DNA of 64,000 nt, taken from the NCBI GenBank assembly GCA_000004985.1, contig GG738931.1; one strand, given 5' to 3'. Each line of letters opens with the position of its first letter. Positions within the stretch are counted from its first letter, which is position 1. Source of the stretch: Naegleria gruberi. Its lineage: Eukaryota. Both the position numbers and the translations under genes were made by a program. The notes below the pieces were generated by a model that was not told where the DNA came from, ran no database searches, and worked only from the letters and a program-made list of their open reading frames with translations. Shown one piece after another: positions 53,079 through 62,869 of the stretch.

Positions 53079-55499
53079 TTATTGACCTAACCAAGTGGCT
53101 AACCAATCCAAAACGGTATCATACCATAACATGCTGTTTTGAGGCTTCAAAACCCAATGGTTTTCTTCAGGGAAGACAATCATCTTGCTTGGAACACCTT
53201 GTCTTTGCAAAGCAGTGAAAACAGTCAAACCTTGAGCAATTGGGAGACTTTTGATAGGTCAGTAAAAAAATAAAGATTTTGAAATACTTACCGGAAGTCC
53301 TTACCACCATGAATAACCAAAGTTGGAGTCTTCCACTTGGTAACATGGTTGATTGGATTGAACTTTTGATAGTGTTCACTATTTGTGAATGGAGTGCCTT
53401 GGTATTCAGCTTCTGGGAACCAGAGCTCATCAGTTGAATAATAAGAACTAACCAATTCACTCAAGCCATCATGAGTGACAAAACATTTGAATCTGTTGTT
53501 TTCATTGTGACCAAGGAGCCAATTGACAGAAAAACCTCCAAAACTGGCACCAAGAGCACACATTGAATTACCATCCATAAAGCTATTAGTACTAATAAGG
53601 AAATCAGTACCCTCTATTTTGTACAAGTAATTAAAGTAGAAATTACAAGTTCAGTAAAAATAATTGAAAAAAATAACATACTTGTAATATCTTCATATGG
53701 ATAGCTTCCCCAGTTACCCAAAATAGATTCCTTGAACTTCAAGCCAAAACCATCACTGCCGTGGAAGTTAATCATAATAACAGCATAACCTTGACTGGCA
53801 AAGAGTTGTGGATTCCATCTGTAGGACCAAGAATCAGTGAAAGAACTTTCAGGTCCACCATGAATCAAGTTGGCGACCTTATACTTCTTGCCTGAATTGA
53901 AATTAGTTGGTTTGAAAACCCAAGCTTGAACACGTTCACCCAAAGCACCAATAAAGTATTGCTTTTCTGGTTTGGCCAAATTGAAAACAGCCAAGTGAGG
54001 ATTGTGATCAGTCAAATAAGCCATTCCAAAGTGATTGCTTCCACTTCTCTTAAGGAGGCAGAGTTCAGATGGCTTGATATAACTATCAAATGAGAAAATA
54101 GCACTAACACCAGGAGAAACAACAACAACTGAACCTGAATGACCTTCATTGGTGATTGGAGTAACAGTACCATTGAAACCAGTAGAAATATCGAGAAGGG
54201 ACAAAACATTGGCACCATCATTACTGTATCCAATAATCAAATGACTGGCATCGAACCAAACAATGTCACCAATGGATCTATCAAGACTTTGAGATTGAAT
54301 TGATTGATTAGTTCTATCAGTCAAAATATTGTACATGTTGACGTGAAGATTATCACTTTCATGGCCTGGCTTGGTCATTGCCAAATAGGCCAAAACTTCG
54401 TCTTGGAATGGAGAGAAGGTTGGATTTTGAGTTCTAGCTTCGGTGAAACCAGTAATCTTCTTCAATTCAGAGGTGGAAATAGGTCCAGATTGAGTATTGT
54501 AACCATAGACATCAGCAACATAAATCTTCCAACCAGTGGTCCAAGCAACTCTATGACTATTAATTTCCAAATTAATAGCAACATATCTACCAGTCTTGGA
54601 GATGTCATATTGTTCTTCACCTCCAAATGGTGGAATTGGAGAGTCAGAATCCATACCAAACATGGTATCCCAAGGTTGATCAATCAAGCTCAATGAAGAA
54701 CCAACTTTAACCTTTTGTAAAAGGACATGTGAAACCTTTCCTTCAGTGATATAATAATCCCAGTGTCTAACAAACAATTTAGTATAGACATAACCAGTGT
54801 TAGAACCCTTATTTTCCCATTCATCATTCAATTGCTTAGAGCATGATAACAATTCATTTCTATTCTTACAACTAGTGTAAACCTTAGCACTGAATGCAAT
54901 ATAAAAGACACCATTATTAACAGACTTGCTAATCTTGTATGATTCAATTGGAACATCATAATCAGTCAATCTGGCAATTTGGCTTTCATCTCCATTAACT
55001 GGAACAGAGTAAAGTTGTGGACTGTTAGCACTTCCTCTACTAGTACTCAAAAACAAGATGAATTGACCATCTGGAGTAAACTTTGGAGAGAAATCATTAC
55101 TTCCTTCCTTGAAACGAATAATCTTTCCACTTTGAATTTCCAACAATTCAAGAACAGATGTTGATTTTCCAGTCTTTGAGCTCTATTGATCAGTATGATC
55201 ATTAATAATTAAATTCCGATCAATTAATCCAATATTATTATTATCAAACAATAAATTATCATCTCTCCAAATTACTACTTTAATAAACCTACCCATTGCT
55301 TTACAGAATAAACAGCATAACGTCCATCCACTGAAACAGAAGCACCAGAAACCTTTTGCAATTCCTGAACATCTCTAATAGTAAGAACTGGAGCATCGGT
55401 TGATGATGCAGAGTACTTGGTTGAATTTACGGGAATGTTACCACCCAACACAAGCACAGCCGATAAAAGTACAACCAAGAGGGCGAATAAAACCTTCAT
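53079..55499 (-). CDS. Secreted S9 family serine peptidase (acylaminoacyl-peptidase / DPP-like, prolyl oligopeptidase fold); multi-exon
   Basis: Signal peptide MKVLFALLVVLLSAVLVLG. Beta-propeller region. Nucleophile motif GASFGG. Catalytic-His region ENHWV in the last exon (LPIAQGLTVFTALQRQGVPSKMIVFPEENHWVLKPQNSM). GTAAGT/GTAGGT introns. Confidence 0.75.
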
Positions 55500-55755
55500 A
55501 GTTGTTGAGTGTTGTTTAATTTTTTTTTAAGAGTAAGAGAGAATGGACTTGTTACAGTTCAGTGTGAGGGATCAATTTAGTTGTTTGGCTTTCAATGGGA
55601 TGAGGTTTAAGTTTAACATGTTGTAACTGGTGGTCGTGTGGAAATATTTAGTTGGATATTATGAGGAAGTTGGCATAAATATCTGTTAAAAATCTTTATT
55701 ACTGACAACTTAGTTTTTGATTGAGCAAAACAAGAAAAACCAAAATAAAAAGGAA

Positions 55756-55830
55756 GGGTGGTACGTGGATCGAACACGTGACCATCGGATGTCTGCTGCA
55801 AATAGCTTTGCAATCCGGAGCTAACCGCCC
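55756..55830 (-). pseudogene. Aberrant 75-nt tRNA-like element (tRNA pseudogene or tRNA-derived sequence)
   Basis: The reverse complement has a good 7-bp acceptor stem (one C:A mismatch), U8/A9 and a canonical T-arm (ACGTG-TTCGATC-CACGT). The anticodon arm does not pair; a nested hairpin TGCAAA-GCTA-TTTGCA lies in its place. Confidence 0.4.
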
Positions 55831-56023
55831 TGACATTAACTTGTTAAAAATTAACCTCATTTTCCAATAATTCAATCTAACAATAATTGGTATGTTCAAT
55901 ACTGTTTGTAATTTTGCCGACATTAGATATTTTTCACTTGATCTTCTATTGCCTTATTCACTTGTTAACAATCACAAATCCTTCCATCCAGATTTCAAAT
56001 TAAAAAAAAATCAACACACCAAA

Positions 56024-57885
56024 ATGTCCAAACTCGATCTCGACTCCAAGGCCAAACAAGCCTTCGATGATGTGAGCAATTCCAAACTCACCTATGCCTT
56101 GTTGAAACACGAAGGTACCTCCAACAAGGTTATTGTTGCCTCCACCGGTGATGATATTTTGGATTTAATTGACGACTTGAATGATGGTACAATCATGTAT
56201 GCCTTGATTCGTTTCGTCATTAACGATGCTACCAAATTTGTCTATGTGGTAGGTTTTTAATTTACATCATCATGTTTATATATCACATTGCGATTAATAA
56301 TTGTTCTTATTTAAATTTAATTTTTGTGATGATCACATCGCACTCAACTGTGATGATTTTAATGAAAATATTAAAAATTTAATGATGATAATGATTGTGT
56401 GTGGAATTTAAATTTGACAACAAACACAGGGTTGGTGTCCTGAAGGTATTGCTAATCAAATCTTCAAAGGAAAGTTCCAAAACTGGAACAAGGATATGGA
56501 ATTCTATTTGTATGTTGTGTTTTCGAATAGTTGCAATTATTAACAGTTTTTACTTTCAACTTGTCAACTTATATGACATATAATTACACATCATCAAAAT
56601 GTCCAATGTGGAAAATTAATCAAATTCAACAACAAAATTTAAATTTCACAGGAAGGGAAGATACCACTTGTCAGTTTATGCTCGTAACGAAGAAGATATT
56701 GATCAAGCTTCTTGGATTAAGAAACTCAAAGTTGGTGCTGGTTCTTCCTACACACAAAGTTCAAATGCCAAGGATTTGACAATTTCACAAGCCAAGCAAA
56801 ATATTGCATCATCAAAGACCGATGTTAAAAAGACTGAAGTTGCGATTGATGACAGTGAAAGAAACAAATTCTGGGAAAAACAACAAGAAGAACTCAAGAA
56901 ACAAGAAGAAAAGAAGAAGCTCCCACCACCAAGATCTGACTATAAAAAGACAGATGAAAGAAATCAATTCTGGCAAGGTCAAAGTACCTCCACAACTAGT
57001 GGATCCACTGTTGTGAAGAGTAGTGATCGTATTAGTGAAATTCAACAAATCAAGAATAATAGTAATCAATTTTGGCAAAAGCAACAAGAACAACCAGTTC
57101 CAGAATCTGACAACAAACCAAAGGAAGTTGTTCGTGGAAACAAGGATTTGTTCAAAAAGTTCGAAAGCATGAGTGTTAAAACTGAAGAATCAAAACCTGT
57201 TGCCAGACAACCAATTTCAACTGGTGCTGCCAAGAAGCCAGTTTTCCAACCAAAGCACGAAGAACCAGTTTATGAGGAACCACAACATCATTATGAAGAA
57301 CCAGTTCAAGAAGAATCTCACTATGAACACTATGAAGAACCACAACAAGAAGAATCTCACTATGAGGAGCCACCACAACAAACTTATCATCAACCAAGAG
57401 TTCCACCTCCATTCCATCAACCACGTTATGATTCCGAAGAAGAAGAAGAGCCAGAACAAGAACCAGAACCTGTTCAAGAACCAGTTAACAATAAGCCATC
57501 TAAACCAAAAGGGTATGTTTTATTCAATAATTGATTACTGACATTTTAATAGATATTTGGAAAGACAAGTTGAACAAGGAAATATTTCTCCATCTCAAGC
57601 TGAAGAAATTATTGCAAAGCCAACCAAACTTCCACCTCCTCCAGTTCCAACCAAACCAAAGTATCCTGAATTGGTTGCTGTTTTTGATTTTGAGTAAGTA
57701 TTTTAAATATTTTGAAATTTGATTTTTTAACACATTACAACAGAGGTCAAGATGGTGAAGAACTTTCATTCGCTGAAGGTGATACCCTCTATCTCGTTCA
57801 AGATGAAGGTGAATGGTGGTTAGCTGAAGATACCAATGGTCAACAAGGTTACATTCCTTCAAACTATGTTGAATATAAAGAATAG
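56024..57885 (+). CDS. Abp1/drebrin-like actin-binding protein (N-terminal ADF-H domain, central charged/Pro-rich region, C-terminal SH3); 5 exons
   Basis: N-terminal ADF-H-like exon [17 protein letters not shown]...[18 protein letters not shown]. Central repeats of EEPQ/HYEEP. C-terminal SH3 after two short introns: [10 protein letters not shown]|[46 protein letters not shown]. Confidence 0.65.
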
Positions 57886-57914
57886 TAATTGTAATAATAA
57901 AAAACTCTTGTAAA

Positions 57915-59327
57915 TTATTTATTTTTAACTGCCAAATCATATCTATTTCTGTAATAAACCTTAACATCACCTCTTATGATGATGTGATATTCATTAATCT
58001 CATTCTCATTTCCAAAAATTGTAACTCTATCATCAACTTCCTCAGTTAAACTCTTTGTACAAAGATCAATACCTTCCCATGAATCATACAAAACAAGTGC
58101 CTTGTAATTGGATGCATCTTCTTCCTCATCGCTTTCCATTAAAAATCTACCAATCTCATCATCACTCAAATCGTCCAAGAGAGGAAGATTGACCTTCTTT
58201 GATTTCTTCTTTTCTGAAACAGGTGAAGCTCTCTTTGGTTTCTCACTCTCTGGAACCAGGTAAACGCTTCCCAATCCCTTACACTCAACAAATTCAATGC
58301 ACTCTGTTGGTTTCAAAACTAGAGAACATGTCTTTGAAAGCACCTTCTTTAAACTGTAGAAAAATATGGAATTATGATCAACCTTTTCCTTCTTACTCAC
58401 ATGTACATCATTGTAAAAGTTGTCAGTTTTAGTTCTTTCAGAGGAGAATTTCTCTCTCATGTTTTGATTTACAACTGGAGAAGGCAAAACATCTCTCCTT
58501 ACCTCTTCTGTCGAAATATCAATGACAAAATCAATATTTGCTCTACTCGATCTTGTACTCATTGAGAGAGGTTCCAATCTTGGTGTACCTTCTGTGGTAT
58601 CTAATGAAGGTGCTTCATCAAACTTTAGAGCTTCTGTGATATTGAGTGAACTTCTACTCTTTGAGATTTTCAGTTTTGGCAGTTCAACACTTTGCTCTGT
58701 TGTATGAACATGTAAAGGTGATATCCATGGATTGGCATCTTCTCCAGTGGGTGAAAGACTCATTGGTGTGTTTCTGAATGAGGAATATTGACGATGTTGA
58801 GGAATGAATAAATTTGAGGGAATCTGAACCGAAACATCAGCTGAGGATCTAGTTTTGAGTGGTTGTGGAATGGATGCAAGTGAAGTATGAGGTCGGTCAT
58901 CAAATTTAACTTCTTCAAAGTCGACATGTGTTGGTGTATGTATATCGTGCACTCTCTTTCTCCGAACCTTGCTATTATTTGAATTAGCTCTCCTCATAGA
59001 ACCTTCCTTAGTGGCCAAAACTTTATGCTGTTGAGCACAATTGGAAGGTGTTAATGATGCTTCTGTTCGATTATATAGGATTGCCTCTGAAAGACCCAAA
59101 TCTTCCAAGGAAAATTCACCATTCTTAGGGGATATATTTGTTGTTTTATGATGACTAGGTGTGCTGAGGGAGGAAGAGCTTCGTATGGTGCTTAATTTAT
59201 CTTGTTGTTGCTGTTGATGATGAGAGAATATTCCCAACTCAAAGTCATTATCTGAATTTTCTGTTATTGTCGATGAAGATGAATCACCCGAAGATAAAAC
59301 AGAAGTACTATAGGGCCTCTTATACAT
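57915..59327 (-). CDS. Ser-rich hypothetical protein (470 aa)
   Basis: Continuous ORF with an ATG start. Low-complexity S/T-rich N-terminal two thirds and a structured C-terminal ~120 aa. No family recognised. Confidence 0.45.
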   Translation of the reverse strand: MYKRPYSTSVLSSGDSSSSTITENSDNDFELGIFSHHQQQQQDKLSTIRSSSSLSTPSHHKTTNISPKNGEFSLEDLGLSEAILYNRTEASLTPSNCAQQHKVLATKEGSMRRANSNNSKVRRKRVHDIHTPTHVDFEEVKFDDRPHTSLASIPQPLKTRSSADVSVQIPSNLFIPQHRQYSSFRNTPMSLSPTGEDANPWISPLHVHTTEQSVELPKLKISKSRSSLNITEALKFDEAPSLDTTEGTPRLEPLSMSTRSSRANIDFVIDISTEEVRRDVLPSPVVNQNMREKFSSERTKTDNFYNDVHVSKKEKVDHNSIFFYSLKKVLSKTCSLVLKPTECIEFVECKGLGSVYLVPESEKPKRASPVSEKKKSKKVNLPLLDDLSDDEIGRFLMESDEEEDASNYKALVLYDSWEGIDLCTKSLTEEVDDRVTIFGNENEINEYHIIIRGDVKVYYRNRYDLAVKNK

Positions 59328-59931
59328 TTCGATGAATTCTGCTTAACTACCTTAATACACTTTGCGATTGAAAATAAAGAGAATCTTCTGTTTTAAATAA
59401 TGACGCCACTGCTGCTAATAGTGAATGTCTTGTTTTCTCACTTTTTTTTCTTCGTTTAATACTTATTAAAGCTCTATCATTTACAGATATAGATTCGCAT
59501 TATTAATTGTGCACAGAATCGTTCCATGTTTGGTGCTATGATAAACGACTATTGTACATCTGACGCAGCAAAAGCAATGTATGCTGTGGTAGAATATATT
59601 TTCCGTTTTATATTAAGGTTACAGAAACCCGATAATGATTGAAAGGAGGTTATTATAACTTTTGTTGATAGAAGCAAAATTTTGACAGAAAAATCAACAA
59701 ATCGTTGATGCAAGTATGAAAATTCTTTATTTCCAAACATGAAACAGTGTTGAATGATTCTTGTCTTTATGCGTATTGTCAGCATCTAAATTGTCAACTT
59801 ATTACAGACCTCAATAAAGGAAATGAGCTTTGACAAAAAACCTGAGAAATTGCTCAGTTACTTTTTTGAATGTAGGATTTTTAATTATTAAAATTCACAA
59901 AGCAATCGCTTGCAAGCTTTGTAGTTTTTTT

Positions 59932-60186
59932 ATAGTAGTGATGTGGTTTTGTTGAAAAGATGAATACCGATGATAGCTCAGCTGGTAGAGCATGGGACTG
60001 TAGCAAGAAAAACTGTCATCCTGTGGTCGGCGGTTCGATTCCGTCTCATCGGATACTTTTACCACACAAAGCAATTAATCAATTTTAATTATGACACTTG
60101 TTCAATCGAATTTTTAAGACACTTCTGCTTATTGTACAGTTTTGAATTCTATAAGATCCACATAACTCAAATTTTCTAAGCGAATA
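59932..60186 (+). repeat. Inverted-repeat copy 1: tRNA-Tyr plus ~35 bp upstream and ~135 bp downstream flank
   Basis: Homologous in inverted orientation to 62442..62675. The tRNA part is identical; the flanks are ~85-90% identical, with a 27-bp indel. Confidence 0.8.
59967..60053 (+). tRNA. tRNA-Tyr (anticodon GUA) with a 14-nt intron (60004..60017)
   Basis: CCGATGA acceptor, D-arm GCTC-AGCTGGTA-GAGC, anticodon loop CTGTAG|intron|A, variable loop TGGTC, T-loop TTCGATT, discriminator A. A TTTT terminator lies downstream. Confidence 0.85.
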
Positions 60187-60252
60187 TAAATAATTTTGTT
60201 TTAAGAAAAATGTATTATCTTCAGTACAGTTTACGTTTTACTTTTAAAAAAA

Positions 60253-61083
60253 ATGCTATGGGTAGAAATGGAGGTGGACATCCCACCAAAACAACAAGCA
60301 AAAAGAACACTCAAAGCCTTCGCTAAAATAATTCAGGTAAGGTGCCAAATAAGAAGACAATTTGACACAAGGCCAAAACAAATTGTTGGAGACAATATAG
60401 TGTCAGCAGCTAGATCAACGATCCTTGTTTATGTTGAGACAAACTCTAGAACAAAACTGGAAAATTTTTTGTTGGCTACTTACCACGCCTTCAAAAGATA
60501 TTCCCTGTTGTTTATTGCTGATACTCAAAACCAACATATAAGACAATCTGTTATACAGGCTCCTAGAAACCCTCCCACTAGTGGTAACGAAGACAGCAGT
60601 GACGATACCACATCTATCAAGAGCATTTCACTACCTGTACAAACAAATAATTCGCCCAGTAACAGTACTGATACTAAATGGGCTTTATTAGAAGCCTATT
60701 TAATTGAGTTGAAAAGAGTTCCTTCTGGCTCGGAATCAGGCAATATTTCTTCAAGTTACAACTTAAATCCAACAGAAGAAATTATTCATGATACCCATAA
60801 AAACAAACCAAAAGTTACATCACCACCAAAACCAATCAAACATTCTCCAACCCTACAAAGAGCTGTGATACATTTCAAATGGANNNNNNNNNNNNNNNNN
60901 NNNNNNNNNNNNNNNNNNNNNNNNNNNNNNNNNTTGGAGAATGTTTTGGATGCATTGATTAGATTTAATGGAGATGATGAAGCCAAGATTGGATATGCTT
61001 TTGAAAAACTAAGACTAAAAGATGACAGAACCGCAAAATCCATTACAAGATGGTTGTTTTCAACCTTATTGACTAAAGATTAG
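60253..61083 (+). CDS. Hypothetical protein; the CDS is interrupted by an assembly gap
   Basis: ORF with an A-rich start context. Contains a run of X from the N-gap. Confidence 0.4.
   Translation: MLWVEMEVDIPPKQQAKRTLKAFAKIIQVRCQIRRQFDTRPKQIVGDNIVSAARSTILVYVETNSRTKLENFLLATYHAFKRYSLLFIADTQNQHIRQSVIQAPRNPPTSGNEDSSDDTTSIKSISLPVQTNNSPSNSTDTKWALLEAYLIELKRVPSGSESGNISSSYNLNPTEEIIHDTHKNKPKVTSPPKPIKHSPTLQRAVIHFKWXXXXXXXXXXXXXXXXXLENVLDALIRFNGDDEAKIGYAFEKLRLKDDRTAKSITRWLFSTLLTKD
60884..60933. other. Assembly gap (50 N)
   Basis: Run of N. Confidence 1.
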
Positions 61084-61315
61084 ATTCGTTATGAATATTT
61101 CGATATACTTAAGTTGTATAAGCAACCTCAATTCCGAGTTTTAAAAACAATACTGGGAAAAGAGAGGTTCTGTTTAGTTTGGGTATTTCATCGTACCATC
61201 AATCACTGGAGAATCAATTAATGACGAATTAAGAATCAATTAATCAATTAAGATTTAAGATGTCTTTAAGTTTATATTATACACAATGTAAGGCTGACCT
61301 TCTCAATGAATATAA

Positions 61316-61364
61316 GCCGTCATAGCTCAGTTGGATAGAGAACAGGACTTCTAATCCTGGGGTC
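61316..61364 (+). pseudogene. Truncated tRNA-Arg(UCU): 5' acceptor strand, D-arm, anticodon arm and variable loop intact; T-arm and 3' acceptor strand absent
   Basis: GCCGTCA-TA-GCTC-AGTTGGATA-GAGA-A-CAGGA-CTTCTAA-TCCTG-GGGTC, then a non-tRNA sequence closing a GGGTC...GACCC stem (61360..61396). Confidence 0.55.
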
Positions 61365-61770
61365 ATTTTATCTATATTGGAAATAACATCAGACCCTTAG
61401 CTTGAATTTATTTTATTATTGTTGTTTTTTTGATCCTCATCATTAGCTCTGTAATCTGTTTCACATATAATTGTATCCATTATTGTTGGCCACCCTTAAC
61501 ATTGAACATTTTGATTTCAATGATTTGTTGTAATCATGAGCTCATGTTGTCAATCAAGGAGATGGGTTCGATCAATATCATTACAATCTCAATTTTCAAT
61601 AACTGGACCAAGGAAATTCATTTATAATTCAGATTTTATGATTATGAATGGCAACAATTTGTCAATTATTACTCTTTTTCCTTTGCAATTTTAGTAAAAT
61701 TAGTAATCGAAGAGTAAAAGATCTTATCGACGATGTTTGCCTTTTGTTCACTTTATTAAGGTAATTGAAT

Positions 61771-61889
61771 GGCTACGGCCATATCACGATGAATGCACCT
61801 CATCCCGTCCTATTTGAGAAGTTAAGCATCGTCGAGCCACATCAGTACTGAGGTTGGAGACAACTTGGGAACCTGTGGTGCTGTAGTCT
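61771..61889 (+). rRNA. 5S ribosomal RNA gene
   Basis: GGCTACGGCCATA...CATCCCGTCC...GAGAAGTTAAGC...GTACTGAGGTTGGAGACAAC...GGGAAC...GGTGCTGTAGTC matches the universal 5S consensus blocks. Helix I termini are complementary. A T5 terminator follows. Confidence 0.85.
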
Positions 61890-62148
61890 TTTTGGCTTTT
61901 GAAAACTGATAACTTTATTGAAATAATCCTTTTTTTATTTTCCTATAAACAACATGCTCATTCATCATTACAAAACATGAACCAAGTTTGTGTCTAGAAA
62001 CAAAAATTAGTTCATGACAGAATTTGTTTTGCAAGTCTGATCAGAACAGAACTACTTTCTTAAAATATAAATTTCTTTTCATGAGAATAAAAAACAATGA
62101 AGGTGGTTTGAAATCAAACAATAAGAAAAAAACAAAACGAACAACATA

Positions 62149-62379
62149 ATGCAATTATTTGTCAAAACACTCACTGGAAGAACTATCACTTTGGAAGTTG
62201 AATCTAATGATTCAATTGAAAATGTGAAAAGAAAAGTACAAGATAAGGAAGGAATTTCACCAGATCAACAAAGACTCATCTTTGGTGGAAAACAATTGGA
62301 AGATGGAAGAACTATTGGTGATTACAATCTTCAAAAGGATTCAACTCTTCATTTAGTATTGAGATTGAGAGGTGGTTGA
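62149..62379 (+). CDS. Monomeric ubiquitin variant (76 aa, ~83% identical to canonical ubiquitin; free C-terminal GG followed by a stop)
   Basis: [76 protein letters not shown] differs from canonical ubiquitin at 13 positions, including K11R. K48 and K63 are retained. Confidence 0.75.
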   Translation: MQLFVKTLTGRTITLEVESNDSIENVKRKVQDKEGISPDQQRLIFGGKQLEDGRTIGDYNLQKDSTLHLVLRLRGG

Positions 62380-62441
62380 ATAATCAAAGTCAAAGATTCT
62401 CAATTATTGTATATAAATTGATATTAGTACAATTTCTTTTT

Positions 62442-62675
62442 GGAATGTTCGCTTAGAAAATTTGAGTTAGGTGGATCTAATAGAATTCAAAACTGTAAAA
62501 TAAGCAGAAGTGTCATAAAAATTCGATTAATTGCTTTGTGTGGTAAAAGTATCCGATGAGACGGAATCGAACCGCCGACCACAGGATGACAGTTTTTCTT
62601 GCTACAGTCCCATGCTCTACCAGCTGAGCTATCATCGGTATTCATCTGTTCTAAAAAACCACACAACTACTATCA
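62442..62675 (-). repeat. Inverted-repeat copy 2 of the tRNA-Tyr locus (lacks a 27-bp segment present in copy 1)
   Basis: Reverse complement of 59932..60186. Confidence 0.8.
62552..62638 (-). tRNA. tRNA-Tyr (GUA) with a 14-nt intron, identical to the copy at 59967..60053
   Basis: The reverse complement is base-for-base identical to the plus-strand tRNA-Tyr, including the intron caagaaaaactgtc. Confidence 0.85.
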
Positions 62676-62869
62676 AAAATTTCTCTGTAATTTGTTTAAT
62701 GGCTTCTCAATGAAGAAACCTAACCGGCACAGTATTTGGCCCAATCAAATTATTATAATTCTCCAGTTAAATAATCAACATCCATTACTTTAGAACTCAG
62801 CTTGCTGTTGGGGCCCAAATTATTTTGTTTCTCAAACGAAAAAAATACCAACAAATACGAATCCACAAG

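Noticed and set aside
55756-55830. Possibility that the aberrant tRNA-like element is a selenocysteine tRNA, because of its 6-bp/4-nt hairpin resembling the tRNA-Sec D-arm
   Set aside because: The hairpin is in the wrong position relative to the acceptor stem. No TCA anticodon loop, long variable arm or 9-bp acceptor stem can be formed.
60054-60110. Extra B-box (ex-B box) call downstream of tRNA-Tyr copy 1 at the string gttcaatcgaa
   Set aside because: Only ~7/11 match to GGTTCGANTCC, and it lies within the segment that is absent from copy 2. Too weak to call as a regulatory element.
60786-61043. Minus-strand ORF containing a run of X
   Set aside because: Artefact of translating across the 50-N assembly gap.
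62531-62793. ORFs 62531..62713 and 62599..62793 overlapping the second tRNA-Tyr copy
   Set aside because: They overlap a tRNA gene and its flank, and the composition is not coding-like.
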